From the NCBI GenBank assembly GCA_039795225.1, contig JBDKEN010000002.1, forward strand, positions 1,130,163-1,194,162: 64,000 nt of DNA, read 5' to 3'. Position numbers and translations under genes: made by a program. This document shows, piece after piece, positions 57,895 through 64,000 of the stretch (its first letter is position 1; each line of letters begins with the position of its first letter). The notes beneath the pieces were generated by a model. It saw only the letters and a program-made list of their open reading frames with translations. It did no database searches and was not told the origin of the DNA. This DNA comes from Bacteroidota bacterium. GTDB lineage: Bacteria > Bacteroidota > Ignavibacteria > Kapaibacteriales > Kapaibacteriaceae.

Positions 57895-58401
57895 ATGGAT
57901 CGGATATGGGCACCATGGAGGGGGCAGTATGTTGCGCGTGAAGGTGAGCAGACCTTTGGTTGCTTTCTCTGCGACGCTGGCTGTGCCGAGCATGCGGATG
58001 CGGTTCGTGGTATCCTTTCCGTAGCGAAACATTCCGTTACGCTGTTGAATCGGTTTCCGTATGCCTCCGGCCACGTGATGGTCGCACCGAAGGTTCATGG
58101 GGGCGATATTCTGACACTTGATGTCGAGACCTATCATTGCATGATGGAATCGGTGCGGCATGCCGTTCATATTCTCACGAAGGTCTATCGACCACATGGA
58201 TTGAATATTGGAATGAATCTCGGTATGGCTGCGGGAGCTGGAGTGCCAGATCATTGTCACATCCACATTGTCCCGCGCTGGGAGGGTGATGTGAATTTCA
58301 TGCCTGTCGTTGGTGGAGTGAAGGTTGTTTCTGAGGATCTGTCGTCTTCATGGGAACGATTGCATGATGCGTTTGCTGCCTATCATCGAGAGAACACATG
58401 A
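57895..58401 (+). CDS. HIT-family nucleotide hydrolase/phosphorylase
   Basis: Histidine triad HCHIHIVPRW, N-terminal APWR..Y, CFLC. Confidence 0.85.
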   Translation: MDRIWAPWRGQYVAREGEQTFGCFLCDAGCAEHADAVRGILSVAKHSVTLLNRFPYASGHVMVAPKVHGGDILTLDVETYHCMMESVRHAVHILTKVYRPHGLNIGMNLGMAAGAGVPDHCHIHIVPRWEGDVNFMPVVGGVKVVSEDLSSSWERLHDAFAAYHRENT

Positions 58402-59252
58402 GCTCCTTCGCTCCGAGTCGGCGTTTTAGTCAGAACTTCCTCACGGATGTCACCATTGCGCGACGGATTGTCGACGCTCTTGAGGCGAGTTCCGAAGATG
58501 CTATCATCGAGATTGGACCTGGCAAGGGGGCGCTCACCGTGCATCTTCAGGCATCGGCAGCGAAGCACATCGTTGCTCTTGAGCTTGATCACCGTGCGGT
58601 AGAGTACCTTCAGGCCCAGCCATGGCTTGACGGTAAACGCCTTTCAGTGATAGAAACAGATGCTCTGCAGGTGCAGCTCACTGAGGTACTTCCGGGGTAT
58701 CACCGCACGCATCGCCGCGTTGTTGGGAATCTTCCGTACGCGATAACAAGCCCCCTGCTATTCTGGGCCTTTGAGCAGAGAGCCGATGTCGGTGGCGCGG
58801 TGTTTATGATGCAGCGCGAGGTAGCTCGGCGTTGTGTCGCAGACGTGGGCACCAAGGATTATGGAATCTTATCTGTGGCGTGCTGGCTTTATAGCTCCCC
58901 GAAGATTCTGTTTCACGTGCAGCCGGGGTCCTTTTTTCCGCGTCCGTCGGTGACCTCTTCTGTTGTTCGATTCGATTTGCATGAGACGACCTCGATGGGG
59001 CTCCCATCGCTGGAGTTCATGGATTTTGTTCGCGGTGCATTTTCACAGCGACGGAAGGTCATGAGCAATGCGCTTGCTGATTGGGCTGCTCGTAAGCGGG
59101 TTGATCTGCGTATGCATGGTCACCCCGCTGGCGTTGATTTGTCAAAAACACGCGCTGAAGAATGTAAGCCATTCTTGTTAGGGAAGATGTTTCTCGACCT
59201 GCAACAAGGCATGAGTGGTCACATCGCGAATGGGGGAGATTGCAATGCCTAG
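58398..59252 (+). CDS. rsmA: 16S rRNA (adenine1518/1519-N6)-dimethyltransferase
   Basis: FSQNFL opening, SAM motif IEIGPGKGALT, and NLPY motif (VGNLPYAITSP). ATGA overlap with the HIT gene. Confidence 0.92.
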   Translation: MSSFAPSRRFSQNFLTDVTIARRIVDALEASSEDAIIEIGPGKGALTVHLQASAAKHIVALELDHRAVEYLQAQPWLDGKRLSVIETDALQVQLTEVLPGYHRTHRRVVGNLPYAITSPLLFWAFEQRADVGGAVFMMQREVARRCVADVGTKDYGILSVACWLYSSPKILFHVQPGSFFPRPSVTSSVVRFDLHETTSMGLPSLEFMDFVRGAFSQRRKVMSNALADWAARKRVDLRMHGHPAGVDLSKTRAEECKPFLLGKMFLDLQQGMSGHIANGGDCNA

Positions 59253-60225
59253 CTATTCTGGTGCGGCGAAGCTTTGGAATGATCTGCGTCGCGACGCTGT
59301 ATCGTCCGACATCTATGCATCGGTGATGCTCCTGCTCTATGCGGGGCTTGCGCTAACATTTCATCAACAGATGCATGGTAGCGTGACAGTCGTTTGGACA
59401 AACATTCTCATCCTCCTCCTGATCGGTTCGACCATTCTACTTTCCCGACTCACGAACTCGATCGTTATTCGCTTTGTTCGCCACTTCTACGTGATTCCCA
59501 TTGTGTACATGATGTACGACCAAACGCATCTCTTCGTGCGGCTTGTGCATCCACATGATTACGATCACATACTGATAGCGGCTGATCGGTGGATCTTTGG
59601 CGTTGACCCGACGCGATGGCTGCATAGGGTCGCATTTCCAGCATTAACAGAGTATTTGCAGATCTGTTATTTCTTGTTTTACCTCATGCCAATTATGCAT
59701 GCGCTTGAGCTTTGGTCTCGGGGTACTGTTGATGACGTGTTGCGCTTTGCACGGATGATGACGTTCGTCTACTTCATTTCCTATCTGCTCTACTTTGTCA
59801 TGCCTGCCATTGGTCCGCGGTTCACATTGCATGACTTTCGCTTGACCGATAGTGAGTTACCTGGACTTTGGCTGACCGATGCACTGCGTTCAATCGTCAA
59901 TATTGGCGGGGGAGTACTCCCTACTGTGGCGGATCCTACGACCGTCGTGAATAGGGATTGCATGCCGAGCGGGCACACGATGTTGACGCTCGTGAATATC
60001 CTGCTAGCCTTTCGTTTTAAAAGTCGCTTGCGGTACGTATTTCTTGGTATTGGCTCGAGCCTCATTTTCGCTACCGTCTATCTTCGATACCACTATGTTA
60101 TCGATGTCCTCGTGGGCATTGCGCTTGTGGTTATCTGCATGCCGCTCGAAGTTCCAGTGGATAAGTTCCTTCGTGTTCGTATGCGTTTGGGGCACTTTTT
60201 GTCCCCTTCTGATGTAACCAAATAG
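59245..60225 (+). CDS. PAP2-superfamily membrane phosphatase/phosphotransferase (PAP2_3 / Aur1-like type)
   Basis: Polytopic. PAP2 motifs PSGHT and RYHYVIDVLVG. The ORF opens at 59215 and ATG 59245 overlaps the rsmA stop by 8 nt. Confidence 0.75.
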   Translation: MPSYSGAAKLWNDLRRDAVSSDIYASVMLLLYAGLALTFHQQMHGSVTVVWTNILILLLIGSTILLSRLTNSIVIRFVRHFYVIPIVYMMYDQTHLFVRLVHPHDYDHILIAADRWIFGVDPTRWLHRVAFPALTEYLQICYFLFYLMPIMHALELWSRGTVDDVLRFARMMTFVYFISYLLYFVMPAIGPRFTLHDFRLTDSELPGLWLTDALRSIVNIGGGVLPTVADPTTVVNRDCMPSGHTMLTLVNILLAFRFKSRLRYVFLGIGSSLIFATVYLRYHYVIDVLVGIALVVICMPLEVPVDKFLRVRMRLGHFLSPSDVTK

Positions 60226-60392
60226 GTACGCGGATGTTTTTGTTTTGTACCCTAAGCCGACTCGTCAGCGTTGACGTGTACAAGTTGTCGTAGATCCAAC
60301 GTTGCACGAGAAGAATTTTGGGTTATTTTATGAGGGTCGTGGCCTGCGCCACATCCCTATCTGTTGGCAACTACTCTCCCTTTTTATCATTC

Positions 60393-60397
60393 AGGAG
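60393..60397 (+). promoter_or_regulatory. Shine-Dalgarno-like AGGAG 7 nt upstream of the 60405 ATG
   Basis: Read as tcAGGAGtaagtccATG. Most other genes in the window have no comparable SD or are translationally coupled. Confidence 0.4.
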
Positions 60398-60404
60398 TAA
60401 GTCC

Positions 60405-63400
60405 ATGCGACTTGGTTCCACATTCATAGCACGTGCACTGGCCGCAGTCTTCTTAGCGGTTCTGTGTGTTGCTGATCTGTCCGCTGCTGACACGAAGTCA
60501 GAGAAGCGTGGTACGATGGTTCTCGCTGAGGGACGGCGATACATGGTGGCATTTCCACAAGTGTGGGCCAGCCCATCAGAAAAGCCGATGCCTCAGCCAA
60601 TGACGCTGTTGATCTCTTCCCGTACGAAGGCGAAGGTTCGCGTGCAGACTCCTGCAGCGATCAATGCTGCTCCGGGAATGGATCGGGAATACAGTCTTGA
60701 GCCGAACAAGGTTCTCAAGATTCCGATCAACACGGCGTATATGAACACGATGTCGGAGACCAAGACAGGCTTTGGTATCCTCGTGACATCTTCGAAGCCT
60801 ATTTCGGTTTCGACGTTCCAAGCGTGGAATGGTAACGGAGAAATGGCTCGCCACCTTCCAGTTGAAGGTTGGGGCAAGAGCTACTACACGATGAATTTCT
60901 ATCAGGATCGCTACGGAACCCCGGGCGAGGGCTATAACTATCGTCCGAGCCAGATCGTCATCATCGCCGACAAGGACAACACTGTCGTGAGCTACACCCC
61001 AACCTTCGATACCGAAGGTGGTATGGAGCAGTCACCAGTGCGCAAGGGTGCAACGGCAACAGTCACCCTCGAAAAGGGTGAGTGCTACATGATCAAGGCC
61101 AAGATCGATGAGCTGAAGAATAAGGAATGGGAATCGGATCTCTCCGGTACGTTCATCCGTTCGAGCAAGCCTGTTGGTATCGTCTCCGGTCACACAAAGG
61201 TTGGTATCCTTCGCTACCCAGACATTCTCGTTGGTCTCGGAGGCTCGTCCCCAGCACACTTCGTCCGCAACAACGTTCATGACGCCATGTTGCCGCTTGA
61301 AATGTCTGGTACGAAGTTTATCACAGTTCCTTGCCGCTACACATCGACGCGTATTACCGGCAAGGCATCAGCAGAGTTCGGTGTTGAAGATGACCGTGGT
61401 GATGTTATCCGCGTTGTAGCTCTCGAAGACAACACGACTGTCAAAACGATGCGCCAAGACGGTTCTTCCTTCAAGAACGAGTGGGTCCTCCGCAAGGGTG
61501 AGACGCGTATCATGCCTTCACTTGAAGTTCCAACGTATTGGGAATCTGACAAGCCGATCCTGATGGGTCAGTATGGTAAGTCGTACGCCAAGGACCGCGG
61601 TATCGCAGTTCGCGGATCATCAAAGGGAGAAGAATCTGCACTTGGTCACCCGAGTGTTGAGTCGGGCATGCCGATGCTGCAGTACGTACCTTCTGTCGAC
61701 CGTTTCGTTGAGTATGGTGTGTTCAATGCTCCAGAGGGCATGGATAACTTCATGAACATCGTCTTTAAGGCCGATGAAATCACGAAGATCAAGGTTGACA
61801 ACAAGCCGCTCAACTCTGCATTTGGTGGCGCCATGCGCTACCTGAAGGGAACACCATATGCATGTATGGCCGTTGCCGTTAGTGCTGGTGATCACGTGAT
61901 TGAGTCGATCGACCCGAAGGTCCGCTGGGCTGCATGGACATATGGTTCGTTGGATGGTCTTACCCAAGGCCGTGCGTACGGAACACCGATCTCAATCGAC
62001 ATGACGATCCCATGTGATGACTCCCTCGTTGTGACTGACCCTGTTATTTGCGGTGATGTCGAAGGCGAAGGAAAGATTGTTCCTGAGAATAGCTCATGCG
62101 GTTCGATCTTTGCAGTGTATCCAGAAGAACTCACCAACTACACATTGGAAGTCGATCCTGAGTTCAACAGCGGCGATAAGATTGTAAAGTACAAGCTCAT
62201 CGTTACAGACAAGACGAAGGACGCCATGGCCGTCGTTCGTATCGTTACTCGCTCAGGTAAGTATGTTGAAAAGACCTACACCTACATCGCAGATAAGATT
62301 TCTTGGACGCCTACCCGTATCAACTTTGGCACAATCGCGTTCAACACTCCAGAGACAAAGACACTGACGATCAAGAATGAGAACACTGATCGCCCTGTCA
62401 ACATCAAGAAGGTTTCGGTTAAGGCCTTCGATAAGGTGTACGTCTGTACGCCAAACGGTGGCTTCACACTTGGTCCTAGTGAGTCGAAGGACATTAAGGT
62501 TACAGCCACGATCCAGTCGGCTCCTGAAGTGGTTGACACGGTTCTGGTCGAACTCGACTGTTACACTGTCAAGACTGCCGAACTCCGTGTTCGTGGAGAG
62601 CAACCACAGATCTACGTTTCAGACGCAAACTGGGGTCAGGTGCCTGCTAGCTCACCTGGTGTGCAGAAGAAGGTCATGATCCAGAACGGAAGCCGCGTTG
62701 AACTGCTTCTGAGCGGTTTCGACGAGAAGCTTCTCGATGGTTCTGGTAAGTTCTTTAATCCTGTGACGCTCGATGGCAAGCCACTTGCATCTGCGTTCCC
62801 AATGGCTATCCCTGGAAACGGCAAGTATGAGTTCTATGTAACGTACTCGCCAAAGGGTGAAGCAAATGTTCCGCACACCGTTTCTGTTCCATTCTACTCG
62901 AACGCAACGGAAGTTGACTCGATCGCTGTACTTGAGGGTACAGGTGTCACGTTCAACCTGGCTGTGGTAACTGAGCCTTGGATTGAGCGCGTCATTGACG
63001 TTGTTCAGAAGGATCAAAACATTGCTGAGTACCGCAAGACAGTATCGTTCATGAACTACGGCGATCAGGCTATCGAATTCAACACGCCGTATATCCGTGG
63101 TGCTGACAAGGATGCCTTCCGCATCGTCGACAACGGAACAGCAGGTTCATTCCCAATCCAGCTTGTTGGAAAGGGTCCAGATCAATCACGCACAATTACT
63201 GTTGCGTTCATCCCGAATGAGCTTCCGAATCGTGCAGCCGAGCGAAACAACTATGAAGCAGAAATCGTGTTCCCAACGAACTCGAAGGAGCAGTCAGAAG
63301 TATCGCAGAAGCTCGTCGGTACAGCATGGCAGCCTCATGTAAAGGGCGACAGTCTTGATTTCGGTGAGTTCAATGTGAACGATCCAGCCAAGACGATGAC

Positions 63401-64000
63401 CATCCCGATTGCGAACCTTAGCATGAACGGTGAAGCCAACCCAACAACGGGCAATACTGTGGGTACGGCTGATGTCATCATTACGAACATCCGTTTGACG
63501 GACGCCAGTGCGCCGTTTGAACTGCTCAACGCACCAACACCGCAGAATCCATGGCGCATTAAGCCAGGTGAAACACCAACGGATCTGCAAGTTCGCTTTG
63601 ATCCGAAGGTTTCTGGTTCGCCACGATTCACCTACGTGATCGAGACGATTCGCGAAACTGTTGGCCAGGCTCCATACGTGCCTGAGTACGTTATCAAGGC
63701 CACAGTGAAGGGCGGAGACTTCCAGCCTGTTGGTGGTGAAGCAATCCAGTACGTCTTCAACGATGCCAACATCAAGGTCACGGTGAAGAACGATGAAAAC
63801 GTTACCCGTCGTTTCACATACAGCGACGTTATCGAAGGTCCGGATGCCAGCAGCTTTACAGCACTGCCAACGGCAGGTAGCTATTTCATCGATGTTCCTC
63901 CACAAGGTACAGGTACAATCGACGTGCGTTTCACGCCATCATATGTGACTGTGATACAGCCAGGTCAAACGCAGGTAGGTTCAGGAAAGGCGAAGGCACA
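60405..64000 (+). CDS. Giant secreted surface protein (3'-truncated by the window edge, more than 1198 aa): IgGFc-binding-N-terminal-like domain + Ig-like repeats; not in the supplied ORF track
   Basis: I translated it by hand from ATG 60405 (MRLGSTFIARALAAVFLAVLCVADLSAADTK...) to 63998 and found no stop. The track has no entry in this frame across 60405-64000, only antisense and out-of-frame ORFs. The N-domain aligns with the 52972 protein: SSKPVGIVSGHTKVGI vs STKPVAVVSGHMRTSI, and KGECYMIKA vs RGDCYLVQA. Repeated modules follow, for example INFGTIAFNTPETKTLTIKNENTDRPVNIKKVSV. Confidence 0.85.
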   Translation, partial: MRLGSTFIARALAAVFLAVLCVADLSAADTKSEKRGTMVLAEGRRYMVAFPQVWASPSEKPMPQPMTLLISSRTKAKVRVQTPAAINAAPGMDREYSLEPNKVLKIPINTAYMNTMSETKTGFGILVTSSKPISVSTFQAWNGNGEMARHLPVEGWGKSYYTMNFYQDRYGTPGEGYNYRPSQIVIIADKDNTVVSYTPTFDTEGGMEQSPVRKGATATVTLEKGECYMIKAKIDELKNKEWESDLSGTFIRSSKPVGIVSGHTKVGILRYPDILVGLGGSSPAHFVRNNVHDAMLPLEMSGTKFITVPCRYTSTRITGKASAEFGVEDDRGDVIRVVALEDNTTVKTMRQDGSSFKNEWVLRKGETRIMPSLEVPTYWESDKPILMGQYGKSYAKDRGIAVRGSSKGEESALGHPSVESGMPMLQYVPSVDRFVEYGVFNAPEGMDNFMNIVFKADEITKIKVDNKPLNSAFGGAMRYLKGTPYACMAVAVSAGDHVIESIDPKVRWAAWTYGSLDGLTQGRAYGTPISIDMTIPCDDSLVVTDPVICGDVEGEGKIVPENSSCGSIFAVYPEELTNYTLEVDPEFNSGDKIVKYKLIVTDKTKDAMAVVRIVTRSGKYVEKTYTYIADKISWTPTRINFGTIAFNTPETKTLTIKNENTDRPVNIKKVSVKAFDKVYVCTPNGGFTLGPSESKDIKVTATIQSAPEVVDTVLVELDCYTVKTAELRVRGEQPQIYVSDANWGQVPASSPGVQKKVMIQNGSRVELLLSGFDEKLLDGSGKFFNPVTLDGKPLASAFPMAIPGNGKYEFYVTYSPKGEANVPHTVSVPFYSNATEVDSIAVLEGTGVTFNLAVVTEPWIERVIDVVQKDQNIAEYRKTVSFMNYGDQAIEFNTPYIRGADKDAFRIVDNGTAGSFPIQLVGKGPDQSRTITVAFIPNELPNRAAERNNYEAEIVFPTNSKEQSEVSQKLVGTAWQPHVKGDSLDFGEFNVNDPAKTMTIPIANLSMNGEANPTTGNTVGTADVIITNIRLTDASAPFELLNAPTPQNPWRIKPGETPTDLQVRFDPKVSGSPRFTYVIETIRETVGQAPYVPEYVIKATVKGGDFQPVGGEAIQYVFNDANIKVTVKNDENVTRRFTYSDVIEGPDASSFTALPTAGSYFIDVPPQGTGTIDVRFTPSYVTVIQPGQTQVGSGKAKA

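Noticed and set aside
60226-60404. Bacteroidetes-type promoter (TTG / TAnnTTTG) upstream of the giant ORF, and a weak hairpin GGTAC-17 nt-GTACC after the PAP2 gene.
   Set aside because: Only imperfect matches are present (gaattttgg, ttattttatg). The hairpin has a 5-bp stem with a large loop. Neither is strong enough to call.
60576-63905. About 20 ORFs of 60-203 aa listed in the track on the minus strand and in + frame 1 (for example 63294-63905 minus, 62652-63017 minus, 61620-61967 minus).
   Set aside because: All lie inside the uninterrupted frame-0 giant ORF that starts at 60405. Their translations are Arg/Ser/Cys-rich with no motifs, so they are shadow ORFs.
1-64000. Scan for CRISPR arrays, long direct or inverted repeats, transposases, integrases, toxin-antitoxin pairs or known defence genes.
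   Set aside because: I saw no spaced identical repeats, and no ORF has nuclease, recombinase, transposase or defence-type signatures. The only exact repeat I found is the 2 x 12-nt duplication at 4208-4231.

Overview
This is a compact, mostly housekeeping 64-kb chromosomal window from a Gram-negative bacterium of Fibrobacteres-Chlorobi-Bacteroidetes (FCB) type. I infer that from a fused lpxC-fabZ gene, T9SS-type C-terminal sorting domains and CrtC/CruC-like carotenoid genes. I call 52 protein-coding genes, one tRNA-Ser(GGA), two intrinsic terminators, one Shine-Dalgarno-like site and one small tandem repeat. Many neighbouring genes share 4-nt ATGA stop/start overlaps. Recognisable blocks are: uppS-bamA-skp-skp-lpxD-lpxC/fabZ-lpxA; ychF, queG, trxB; plsY-gpsA; xseAB; ispF-HK-ruvX; mutL; CBS enzyme-ABC exporter-fbaB; rsfS-argS; and a minus-strand run hflX-recN-HD hydrolase-suhB-dapF-M20. 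I found no CRISPR array, transposase, integrase, phage gene or recognisable defence system. The non-housekeeping content is three giant secreted Ig-repeat surface proteins: 34022-38743 (-), 52972-56961 (+), and an open-ended ORF from 60405 to the window edge (+). The last is missing from the supplied ORF track and has a distinct codon bias typical of highly expressed genes. Other points worth a second look are an intact but N-terminally truncated clpB (M-domain motif 2 plus NBD2 only), a vWA-OmpA-SPOR fusion protein 9 nt downstream of it, a small carotenoid hydratase/glycosyltransferase module, a DUF4505-thioesterase fusion, and an unlisted 54-aa two-TM ORF. I cannot show that any of these is a new system. 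The strongest candidate is the surface-protein locus at 52972-64000. All functional calls come from reading motifs by eye, with no database search.
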